A stretch of 64,000 nucleotides of DNA from sequence record MN871440.1. One strand, 5' to 3'. The stretch's first letter is position 1, and each line of letters starts with the position of its first letter. A program made the translations under genes and the position numbers. This document shows positions 1 to 6,959 of this stretch, piece by piece. The notes beneath the pieces are model-generated. The model did no database searches and was not told the origin of the DNA. It was given only the letters and a program-made list of their open reading frames with translations.

Positions 1-86
1 GTTTTACACAACAGAAAAAGTCGCGTCGGAACTGACACTCGTAAAGTCCAATTTTATACAAGAGAGTTCCGGACGCGCATTATTTT

Positions 87-168
87 GGGAGATTGGTGTA
101 ATTGGTAGCCGCAGTGGATTCAAAATCTACCGTCTTCTGACGTACCGGTTCGAGTCCGGTATCTCCCA
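87..168 (+). tRNA. tRNA-Leu(CAA), CCA not encoded
   Basis: GGGAGAT/ATCTCCC acceptor; loop TT-CAA-AA; long variable arm; T loop TTCGAGT. Confidence 0.9.
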
Positions 169-176
169 CGAATTTC

Positions 177-261
177 GCGGATATGGCGTAATCGGTAGCC
201 GCAGGGGATTTAAAATCCCAAGTCTTCGGGCGTGTGGGTTCGAGTCCCACTATCCGCACCA
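177..261 (+). tRNA. tRNA-Leu(UAA)
   Basis: GCGGATA/TATCCGC-ACCA; loop TT-TAA-AA. Confidence 0.93.
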
Positions 262-282
262 AACAAAAAAGAGATTGACACG

Positions 283-519
283 TTGAAATTGATCTGTATA
301 CTAGACCAAGATGAAGACGGAACCTTTAGCGGTCGCGTCTACGGTTTAAACGGCATCTGTATCTTTGCAGGTGAACGTCATGAATACCCGAGTGTTGTCG
401 CGCTAGAAGCTGCGAACGCTCACATCGAAATGTCAAAGGAAATGAATTTTAAAGTTTTCGTTGACGACAACGTTGGAATCATTCAGAATGACCAACACGT
501 ATTTTCTATAACTGTTTAA
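283..519 (+). CDS. hypothetical protein (start uncertain)
   Basis: ORF 232..519 overlaps the tRNA; in-frame TTG at 283 used. Confidence 0.5.
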   Translation: MKLICILDQDEDGTFSGRVYGLNGICIFAGERHEYPSVVALEAANAHIEMSKEMNFKVFVDDNVGIIQNDQHVFSITV

Positions 520-528
520 GGAATTATA

Positions 529-918
529 ATGTCTCGTTTTATCGTATCTCCGGTTGCTGGTAACATCACTCGTTTCGTAGTCAACTCCGAAAAAGTAGTT
601 GGTCTGGTTAAAACTCACGGCGGTCAGACTCTAATCACTGTTAAAGTTGAAGGTCAACTGCCGACTGTTTATCAAGTTGCCGAGAAGTTCGAAGATCTGG
701 CACTCAAGCTGAAAGACTGCTTTATCAAACGAACTGTTGTTACTCCGGTCGAAAGTCGCGGTGTCGCCAAGTTCGTTGTGAATGCCGAAAAGATCGTCGG
801 TCTGCATGAAAACGTGCAAGGCGAAGTTATGCTGAGTATTCGCGTCGCTGAGTTCGAGCGTCCGACCCGTCTGATGATTGAAGAATCCATCGACGCTGTT
901 CTGGAAGCTATTGCTTAA
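529..918 (+). CDS. tandem two-repeat protein, FlbD/SwrD-like
   Basis: Two ~63-aa repeats (FVVNSEKVVGL / FVVNAEKIVGL); SD AAGGA. Confidence 0.7.
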   Translation: MSRFIVSPVAGNITRFVVNSEKVVGLVKTHGGQTLITVKVEGQLPTVYQVAEKFEDLALKLKDCFIKRTVVTPVESRGVAKFVVNAEKIVGLHENVQGEVMLSIRVAEFERPTRLMIEESIDAVLEAIA

Positions 919-926
919 CAATTTGG

Positions 927-950
927 AAGCCCCTTAACTGGGGCTTTTTT
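927..950 (+). terminator. intrinsic terminator
   Basis: AAGCCCC-ttaact-GGGGCTT then T run. Confidence 0.85.
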
Positions 951-974
951 GTAACTTATCAAAGGGAAAATATC

Positions 975-2078
975 GTGGGTTCTTTCAATACTATTTGTGG
1001 TGTCAGTCGTCATATCGTGACTTGTGGTGAGCCGGTTGTTTTACTCGCGCTTGTCTGTCACGGCGAAACAATTCCAGCCGCTCCGGGTTGCTATAACTGG
1101 GATCGATACCAGCTTGCCATGCATCTTCCACTGTATGCGACTTATGATGACTATGGCAACTTCGATATCGAAGACAACGACGCATATCAAGCGTTTCAAG
1201 ACATGGTAAAGACGCATATCGTTTGTGACGAAGATCGCAAGATCAACATTGATGATCTGTTTGATCCGAACAAGCTGATTTATCAGGACTTAATGCACGA
1301 GGAACAATTGTTTATTCAACCGGCTTCCTCGTTTATGGGTTCAAAGAAATCGCCAGTCATGTTCATGGTAATCAAGCGCAAAGTCTATGATCTGATGGTA
1401 GCGGAGTACGACCGCACATTGGAACAATCTTGGAACAAAGATTACGCTATCGAGTCTCACAAAAAGATTCGTGAAGTCTTCGCCAAGCTTGAAATTCGAG
1501 ATCCAGATAAAAAACGCTTGACTAAAGAAGAATTACAGTTGAGAATGGAAGAAATCGAGAAAGCGCCTGAAATCATTCGTGCTGAACTGACAAATGATCT
1601 GTGTAATGAATATCTCAGTATGGGTTTCTCTTGGGAATACGATAGTGTTATCAACATTGGAATGGGTCCTTACTCTAAAAACAATTTGACAAATCGTGTT
1701 ATTAAATTCACTGCCGCTAATGCAGAGCTGCATATCGGACTTCGTAAGTTTGTTAGCATGTTGTGTGAACTTAACATCGAGTTTAACCCGCAGCAATACG
1801 GCAGTCAGGACAATGATCATCTTTATCACGCCGATCTGATGACTCGAATCGTGGTAGCTGGTGCTGAGAATGATCAGTCTCGCGAATACCCGCTGAAAAT
1901 TCATCCGAAATTAGTTGTTGACTTGAATGCGGATGCTGTGTCAGAATACGTATCAGCTAATAAGTGGAAAGAAAACCCGGATCTGATTCATGACGAGAAC
2001 GGTAATCTTGTTCCGTCAATGAGGAAATACGGTGAGTTCAACGAGATTTCAAATATCGTGGAGTTCAAGGAGGTCTAA
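975..2078 (+). CDS. hypothetical protein, 367 aa
   Basis: Long ORF, SD GGGA, GTG start. Confidence 0.85.
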   Translation: MGSFNTICGVSRHIVTCGEPVVLLALVCHGETIPAAPGCYNWDRYQLAMHLPLYATYDDYGNFDIEDNDAYQAFQDMVKTHIVCDEDRKINIDDLFDPNKLIYQDLMHEEQLFIQPASSFMGSKKSPVMFMVIKRKVYDLMVAEYDRTLEQSWNKDYAIESHKKIREVFAKLEIRDPDKKRLTKEELQLRMEEIEKAPEIIRAELTNDLCNEYLSMGFSWEYDSVINIGMGPYSKNNLTNRVIKFTAANAELHIGLRKFVSMLCELNIEFNPQQYGSQDNDHLYHADLMTRIVVAGAENDQSREYPLKIHPKLVVDLNADAVSEYVSANKWKENPDLIHDENGNLVPSMRKYGEFNEISNIVEFKEV

Positions 2079-2153
2079 TCGTGAAAGACGAATGGCCTGA
2101 TTTCTAAGAGGTGGCTCGAAAGAGCCGCCATATTAATGCGATAACGTATTACT

Positions 2154-2480
2154 ATGGCTAATGAGGAAATGAAAATGAAAATTGATAATCTGTTTGACTT
2201 TATGGACGCTTTGCGTAAGCAAGACGCACCGGAAGACTTTATCGACTCCGACGGTATTGATACCGCATTGGAAGAGGTCGTAAATTATGAGCTGGGCAAA
2301 CCAAATCATGGCAGTCGTCACTTCTACGGATACGGATACAAGCTTGACATGAACTGGATCACCGTTTACTATGAACAAGGTTGTTCTTGCTGCAACGAAA
2401 AGGAAGATTATTCAATCCCTTATCAAAAGTTGTGGGATCATCTTGTAAAAACAAATCGAGTTGTGGAGATTGAAGAATGA
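2154..2480 (+). CDS. hypothetical protein
   Basis: ORF; stop overlaps next ATG. Confidence 0.75.
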   Translation: MANEEMKMKIDNLFDFMDALRKQDAPEDFIDSDGIDTALEEVVNYELGKPNHGSRHFYGYGYKLDMNWITVYYEQGCSCCNEKEDYSIPYQKLWDHLVKTNRVVEIEE

Positions 2481-2626
2481 AAACTGCCGCGATTCTGCCT
2501 AAGTCTGAGGCGATTGTTGATAAAGTGTTGGACTCTGAGTCTCGCTGGTATCAGGGTAGCTCCATTAACGTTACCAAACGTTCTGTAACTCGCGCGAAAG
2601 AAGTGTATTCCTGCGAAACTCGTTAA
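2477..2626 (+). CDS. small hypothetical protein (49 aa)
   Basis: ATGA coupling with upstream gene. Confidence 0.55.
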   Translation: MKTAAILPKSEAIVDKVLDSESRWYQGSSINVTKRSVTRAKEVYSCETR

Positions 2627-2653
2627 ATGTTTACTACTAAATAAAGGTGTAGT

Positions 2654-2878
2654 ATGATTAAGTTCTTGTTGATTACTTCGTTGTTCGTTAACTTTGGTAC
2701 CAATTATGGCTCACATAGTCATGCAATTGAGAAGTTCGACACCGAAGCAGAGTGCAGAGCCGCGCTGAAAGTCGCGGAAGAAAATGCACAAGATACATAT
2801 GGCGAGAATCGCGTTGGATTCTTCGGTGGTCAAACCAAGTTCGAAGGTCAATGCAAGCCATATTATTACGACAAGTAA
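2654..2878 (+). CDS. small exported protein
   Basis: Hydrophobic N-terminus, two Cys, SD AAGG. Confidence 0.7.
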   Translation: MIKFLLITSLFVNFGTNYGSHSHAIEKFDTEAECRAALKVAEENAQDTYGENRVGFFGGQTKFEGQCKPYYYDK

Positions 2879-2889
2879 AGATTTCGAGA

Positions 2890-3142
2890 TTCGAGAAACC
2901 GTAAGATCTTTCCGAGCATGTATTGGTGGCATCATGCTCGTATGAACGGGACCAGCGCCCACCTAGCTAGTTGACAGTAGACACTAAATAACTTAGTGAC
3001 AGTGGAACCCCTTGCGCTAACACTGTGATGCGGACTGTCTTTTTCTCGGTATGCCGTAAACCTAACGTGGAAGTGAACCCTTATTCGGTCTTCGGACTCA
3101 ACCGGCAGTAGCATGAAACAATGTGGGGATATCGAGAAAAAG
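2890..3142 (+). ncRNA. candidate structured ncRNA
   Basis: No ORF; hairpins CGAGCATG/CATGCTCG, AGCGC/GCGCT, CACTAA/TTAGTG, TGCCG/CGGCA, TTTTCTCG/CGAGAAAA. Confidence 0.5.
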
Positions 3143-3250
3143 ATTGTTTACTCTATTAAAACACTGTGCTATCATTATCACATGCTCTTAAAGTAGAGCA
3201 TAAATAAAAGATAGTTTACAGCGTTGATAAACCGTGATACAATCTTTATA

Positions 3251-3304
3251 AGGCTCCGTTCAGCAATCAAAACTTTTCTGCGGATGAAAAACAAAAGTGA
3301 GCCT
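3251..3304 (+). ncRNA. stem-UUCAGCAA motif copy 1 (skipping-rope-like)
   Basis: AGGCTC/GAGCCT closing stem; TTCAGCAA 3259-3266; AAAA before 3' strand. Confidence 0.6.
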
Positions 3305-3373
3305 GTTAGAGTAAAGATTTAAGAAGTCTTTATTTACAATCACTAAATAGTAGTGTATAGTAAACAAAGATAA

Positions 3374-3436
3374 AGAGTGATTTCAGCAACCAACTTAAAA
3401 AGCCATTATTTTGAAATAGCCTATAAAGTTCACTCT
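3374..3436 (+). ncRNA. stem-UUCAGCAA motif copy 2
   Basis: AGAGTGA/TCACTCT stem; TTCAGCAA 3382-3389. Confidence 0.6.
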
Positions 3437-3462
3437 GTTTCTTATTTGCAAGTTGTTATTTG

Positions 3463-3543
3463 GGAGACGTGGCTCAAAGGTTGAGCGACGGACTGTTAAT
3501 CCGTGAGGTTAACTCTATGCTGGTTCGAGTCCAGCCGTCTCCG
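3463..3543 (+). tRNA. tRNA-Asn(GUU) with long variable arm, no CCA
   Basis: GGAGACG/CGTCTCC-G; ACGGA-CT-GTT-AA-TCCGT. Confidence 0.85.
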
Positions 3544-3567
3544 CAAATAACAATTTACCGTGCTACG

Positions 3568-3672
3568 GAAGATTTCAGCAAACCATTCGAATTTTTCTAT
3601 TAACAAGAAAACAGTGAGGTTCGATTCCTCAACTCTCTAGCACAAGAGTCCAGGTGGCAGTTAAAAGTCTTC
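3568..3672 (+). ncRNA. stem-UUCAGCAA motif copy 3 with internal tRNA-like arms
   Basis: GAAGAT/GTCTTC stem; TTCAGCAA 3574-3581; T arm TGAGG-TTCGATT-CCTCA 3615-3631. Confidence 0.6.
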
Positions 3673-3680
3673 TAGTTTAT

Positions 3681-3755
3681 AGCCATGTAGCTCAGTGGTA
3701 GAGCACACCCCTGATAAGGGTGGGGTCGGCAGTTCAATCCTGCCCATGGCTACCA
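3681..3755 (+). tRNA. tRNA-Ile(GAU)
   Basis: AGCCATG/CATGGCT-ACCA; CACCC-CT-GAT-AA-GGGTG. Confidence 0.95.
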
Positions 3756-3761
3756 GTTTCT

Positions 3762-3838
3762 AGTGACGTAGTTTAGTTGGTTAAAATTCCGGCCTGTCAC
3801 GTCGGAGAGCGCGGGTTCGAGCCCCGTCGTCACTGCCA
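3762..3838 (+). tRNA. tRNA-Asp(GUC)
   Basis: AGTGACG/CGTCACT-GCCA; CT-GTC-AC loop. Confidence 0.95.
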
Positions 3839-3901
3839 GTTTCTACCTAGTAGGAAAAATGAACTTACCCGACAGTAGTTCAATGTTCTTTGAAAATGCA
3901 T

Positions 3902-4044
3902 GGATTCACTTCTGCAACCAATACAAAACTTCAAATCTACTATTAAAAGATAGCACTCCTTTACTTCGGTAGTTGGATGTGCGGCTGAGAGGGAACAGCA
4001 GGTAAAAGTAACGTGGGTTAGTCACCACTCCCGTATGTGAATCC
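3902..4044 (+). ncRNA. stem-UUCUGCAA motif copy 4 (long)
   Basis: GGATTCAC/GTGAATCC stem; TTCTGCAA 3910-3917. Confidence 0.55.
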
Positions 4045-4113
4045 GAAGACTTGCGTAGGTACTTGCATAAAGTGCCTATTCTAATGTATACTTGCGAGTA
4101 TCTATTAGAATTT

Positions 4114-4187
4114 GGGGGTTTAGCTCAGTTGGAACGAGCGACTGGTTTGCAACCAGTAGGTCAAGGGTTCGAGCCCCTTAACCTCCA
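4114..4187 (+). tRNA. tRNA-Ala(UGC), no CCA
   Basis: GGGGGTT/AACCTCC with G3:U70; ACTGG-TT-TGC-AA-CCAGT. Confidence 0.93.
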
Positions 4188-4256
4188 CAAATTTTTAGAG
4201 TAGCTATCAGCTCACCGTTGAAAGAATACGGATAAGTCGGCTCGACTACTCGAAGT

Positions 4257-4330
4257 GCCTCATTGGTGTAGTGGTCACATACCGTCCTTCCAAGTCGTAG
4301 TGTCGGGTTCGATTCCCGAATGAGGCTCCA
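4257..4330 (+). tRNA. tRNA-Gly(UCC), two anticodon-stem mismatches
   Basis: GCCTCAT/ATGAGGC-TCCA; CT-TCC-AA; stem CCGTC/GTCGT. Confidence 0.85.
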
Positions 4331-4339
4331 ATTTAACAT

Positions 4340-4414
4340 GCGCAGGTAGCCAAGAGGTAAGGCAAGTGATTGCAAATCACTTTATCGTCTGTTCGATCCA
4401 GATCCTGTGCTCCA
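4340..4414 (+). tRNA. tRNA-Cys(GCA)
   Basis: GCGCAGG/CCTGTGC-TCCA; AGTGA-TT-GCA-AA-TCACT. Confidence 0.93.
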
Positions 4415-4430
4415 AATTGAGAAATAAGTT

Positions 4431-4853
4431 ATGAGCGCACCTAGTTGGGCGCTGTTCATGAAGAACGGCGATTGTGTTGGACACTGCTTTATCAACTGCG
4501 GTTGGTTTCAAGATGATGTTCGAACACTGAGGCAGATCATTAGATATACAGAAACGCCTGAATGTCCTATTGACTTTGATAGCGTAATCGCGTATGGTGT
4601 TGTCTATAGCGATGATTTGGAATTCGAACTTCTGAAAGCAGAAGAGACGGAAATCAAGTCTAAGCAGATTTCGGCGATTAAAAGACAACAGTATTGGGAT
4701 AAAGGAAATCAAGTGATCTTCAATAGACTTTCTGTTAGTCCTAGACTCGCTCCAAAGCTGATTGCTGATGAAATTTGCGGTGTTCAGCCTATGTCTGAAC
4801 ATACTTCGAAAATCTATACGCTAAGGGTTGACACCGATGTTGTTTCTTGCTAA
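4431..4853 (+). CDS. hypothetical protein
   Basis: ORF with SD between tRNAs. Confidence 0.75.
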   Translation: MSAPSWALFMKNGDCVGHCFINCGWFQDDVRTLRQIIRYTETPECPIDFDSVIAYGVVYSDDLEFELLKAEETEIKSKQISAIKRQQYWDKGNQVIFNRLSVSPRLAPKLIADEICGVQPMSEHTSKIYTLRVDTDVVSC

Positions 4854-5037
4854 GATACGTTATATGAAAAGCGAATACATGGGATCATCTAAGTCATTCG
4901 ATACCATTAAGTTGGTAGAAGCGGAAGATGTGGATGATGCCGATTGTAAAGTTCGCGCACATTACAACGATAAAAGTTCGGATTACGGCACGTATTATTC
5001 CGTTCTTGATGTCACAATCGAAGCTCCTATTCTGTAG
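4828..5037 (+). CDS. hypothetical protein
   Basis: ORF; start uncertain. Confidence 0.65.
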   Translation: MTPMLFLAKIRYMKSEYMGSSKSFDTIKLVEAEDVDDADCKVRAHYNDKSSDYGTYYSVLDVTIEAPIL

Positions 5038-5044
5038 GTGAAAA

Positions 5045-5224
5045 ATGAATAAAGTAAGGTTTACAAAGCTTGAGGTTCAGCGTATGATGGAACTCATGCA
5101 GATGCACGAAACGAACTTGATTGATGTTGAATATCAAAGCGGTTCAATCGGTACTGTAGTTAGTGCTAAAGCTGTCAAAGATGGAGCAAAGAGCGTTCCT
5201 ATTACGGATTTTGATAGCTGGTAA
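5045..5224 (+). CDS. hypothetical protein (59 aa)
   Basis: SD AGGTG; MNKVRFTKLEV... Confidence 0.65.
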   Translation: MNKVRFTKLEVQRMMELMQMHETNLIDVEYQSGSIGTVVSAKAVKDGAKSVPITDFDSW

Positions 5225-5230
5225 GAATAT

Positions 5231-5301
5231 AGGGGCGTAGCAAATCGGTTATGCGGCGGATTCCAAATCCGTTGAGGTGGGTTCGACTCCTACCGCCCCT
5301 G
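5231..5301 (+). tRNA. tRNA-Trp(CCA), no CCA end
   Basis: AGGGGCG/CGCCCCT-G; GCGGA-TT-CCA-AA-TCCGT. Confidence 0.92.
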
Positions 5302-5310
5302 CAAAACAAT

Positions 5311-5386
5311 GCGCTGTTAGCTCAATTGGTAGAGCTGCGGACCTTTAACCGATAGGTTGGTGGATCATACCCACCACGGCGGACCA
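5311..5386 (+). tRNA. aberrant tRNA-Lys(UUU)-like
   Basis: Canonical D arm and ACCA end; loop CC-TTT-AA; stem lacks base 39; T loop ATCATAC; G1:G72. Confidence 0.6.
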
Positions 5387-5388
5387 AA

Positions 5389-5567
5389 TAGTCGAGTCAA
5401 GCAATAGGCTATATACTTATTGCGTGGCGATAGGCTATAAAAAGCGGTGATTGTTGTGTGGGGCGAATAACTTAAACGTTACTATTGACACCAACGCGCT
5501 TCTTATACTGCGGCCTATATAGCGGTAGTATAAGTTAAATCAATATTATTGCCTCGGTATCGACTCT
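5389..5567 (+). ncRNA. candidate structured ncRNA
   Basis: GTCGA/TCGAC and GCAATA/TATTGC closing helices; CTTATACT/AGTATAAG hairpin. Confidence 0.45.
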
Positions 5568-5578
5568 TGATACCGTAT

Positions 5579-5653
5579 AGTGAATTAGCTCAGTGGTAGA
5601 GCAAGTGCTTCATACGCACTGGGTCACTGGTTCGAATCCAGTATTCACTACCA
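5579..5653 (+). tRNA. tRNA-Met/Ile2(CAU), elongator type
   Basis: AGTGAAT/ATTCACT-ACCA; AGTGC-TT-CAT-AC-GCACT. Confidence 0.92.
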
Positions 5654-5700
5654 AATTCAATCGCGCTTAAACCTCTGACTCGTTACGTTTAAGCCTTCTC

Positions 5701-5774
5701 GGGGACGTAGATAACTTCATAATCGCAGGTCACTGGGATCTGAGATACGAGTGGAAATCCCGCCGTCTCCACCA
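5701..5774 (+). ncRNA. degenerate tRNA-like RNA (CUG loop)
   Basis: GGGGACG/CGTCTCC-ACCA; CAGGT-CACTGGG-ATCTG; no TTC T loop. Confidence 0.55.
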
Positions 5775-5775
5775 A

Positions 5776-5907
5776 ATTTAAGTGCATTGCCCTAACCTAA
5801 ATGGGACGAGATAAGCCCTCGTATGTAGCTAAGAGCCGCAAGCTTGTGCGAACAAAGGCTAGTAGGTGGGAACCACCTGCGGGGATCGCGACAGTGCATT
5901 TAAATTT
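5776..5907 (+). ncRNA. candidate multibranch ncRNA
   Basis: About 15-bp closing helix plus 4-5 internal hairpins. Confidence 0.5.
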
Positions 5908-5945
5908 GGTACTAAATAGACTTGCTATTAAAGGAGTTTATAGAA

Positions 5946-6185
5946 ATGAGCAATGATTTAGACGCTCGCGCCAATCGTGGCTCGGGTAATCAGTGTAGTG
6001 CAGCATGGTACAATGCCCCTTTGTGGAAGAACGTTGGACCGCTTGCTAGAAAGAAAGCTGCGGAAGCAGCAGAAAAAGAAAAACAAAAAGATGTTTACTC
6101 TACTGCGGAAACATGCGATAATGTCTCTGTTGTCGAAGAAGACTTAAAAGCAAAACAAAGACGATTGTTTAGTTTCGCTTACTGA
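5946..6185 (+). CDS. hypothetical protein
   Basis: SD AAGGAG then ATG 5946. Confidence 0.7.
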   Translation: MSNDLDARANRGSGNQCSAAWYNAPLWKNVGPLARKKAAEAAEKEKQKDVYSTAETCDNVSVVEEDLKAKQRRLFSFAY

Positions 6186-6189
6186 CAGA

Positions 6190-6265
6190 TCTCCGTTCGT
6201 CTAGTGGACTAGGACACTGCCCTTTCACGGCGGTAACATGGATTCGAATTCCATACGGAGAACCA
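6190..6265 (+). tRNA. tRNA-Glu(UUC)
   Basis: TCTCCGT/ACGGAGA-ACCA; CT-TTC-AC. Confidence 0.93.
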
Positions 6266-6285
6266 AATTGATTAGTGCGCTAAGA

Positions 6286-6359
6286 TGCGAGTTGGAGGAG
6301 AGGCCGTCCTCGCTGGGCTCATATCCCAGAGATCACCTGTTCGAATCAGGTACTCGCTT
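6286..6359 (+). tRNA. initiator-type tRNA-fMet(CAU), no CCA
   Basis: 1:72 mismatch; CTGGG-CT-CAT-AT-CCCAG with three G-C pairs. Confidence 0.85.
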
Positions 6360-6384
6360 CTTAGCGTACTAAATAAAGAATAAT

Positions 6385-6476
6385 GGATGTGCTGCAATGA
6401 CGGTGGTATTGCACCAGACTGTAAATCTGGCCCCACAGGGTAAACGTTGTAGGTTCGAATCCTACCGCATCCACCA
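6385..6476 (+). tRNA. tRNA-Tyr(GUA)
   Basis: GGATGTG/CGCATCC-ACCA; CCAGA-CT-GTA-AA-TCTGG; long variable arm. Confidence 0.93.
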
Positions 6477-6485
6477 ATTTAAAAC

Positions 6486-6570
6486 GCTCGGTTGGCAGAG
6501 TGGTTGAATGCACTGGTTTTGTAATCCAGACCGAAAGGCATCGCAAGTTCGAATCTTGTGCCGAGCACCA
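6486..6570 (+). tRNA. tRNA-Thr(UGU) with class II body
   Basis: GCTCGGT/GCCGAGC-ACCA; TT-TGT-AA; variable hairpin CC-GAAA-GG. Confidence 0.8.
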
Positions 6571-6651
6571 TAAGAGGGATCCAGATGCCCCGTTTGTAGC
6601 ATCTGGTGTGTAACTCGTTACATAAATGCTTTCTTTCGAGTGATCATTTAT

Positions 6652-6727
6652 GTGGCGGTAGTTCAGTTGGTAGAACTCCAGGTTGTGATCCTGGTAGTCA
6701 CGGGTTCGAAGCCCGTCCGTCACCCCA
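6652..6727 (+). tRNA. tRNA-His(GUG)
   Basis: GTGGCGG/CCGTCAC-CCCA; TT-GTG-AT; position -1 is T. Confidence 0.93.
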
Positions 6728-6734
6728 AAATTTT

Positions 6735-6811
6735 GCATCGGTAACTCAGTATGGTAGAGTGGCGGATTGAAAATCCGCTGGTCACTGGTTCAAGTCCAGT
6801 CCGATGCACCA
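6735..6811 (+). tRNA. tRNA-Phe(GAA)
   Basis: GCATCGG/CCGATGC-ACCA; GCGGA-TT-GAA-AA-TCCGC. Confidence 0.95.
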
Positions 6812-6819
6812 AGTTCAAT

Positions 6820-6944
6820 CGCTTTGAAAGGTGAAATCGCTAATGCTTTTAAGTGCAATGAGATAGCTTCTCGAAAGTCGGGATATAGATTGCCCCGTCG
6901 GTATTGATTTCATGTGGAGTTCGATTCTCTACCTTAGCGTCCCA
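6820..6944 (+). ncRNA. tRNA-like RNA with T arm, long arm and CCA end
   Basis: GTGGAG-TTCGATT-CTCTAC; TGAAATC/GATTTCA; ends CGTCCCA. Confidence 0.5.
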
Positions 6945-6959
6945 TTTTATAAGAATATT

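Noticed and set aside
23-78. GCGTCGGAACT/AGTTCCGGACGC stem before tRNA-Leu
   Set aside because: Real hairpin, but at the window edge and not assignable to a family
232-282. N-terminal ORF extensions running into tRNAs (232, 7291, 9191) and ORF 7638..7850
   Set aside because: Overlap tRNA genes; downstream starts with SD are preferred
4197-4251. Possible theta/HDV-like ribozyme after tRNA-Ala
   Set aside because: GAGTAG/CTACTC closes the whole element; no P2/P3 nested pseudoknot order
5701-5774. tmRNA
   Set aside because: Too short; no tag ORF or pseudoknots; no G3:U70
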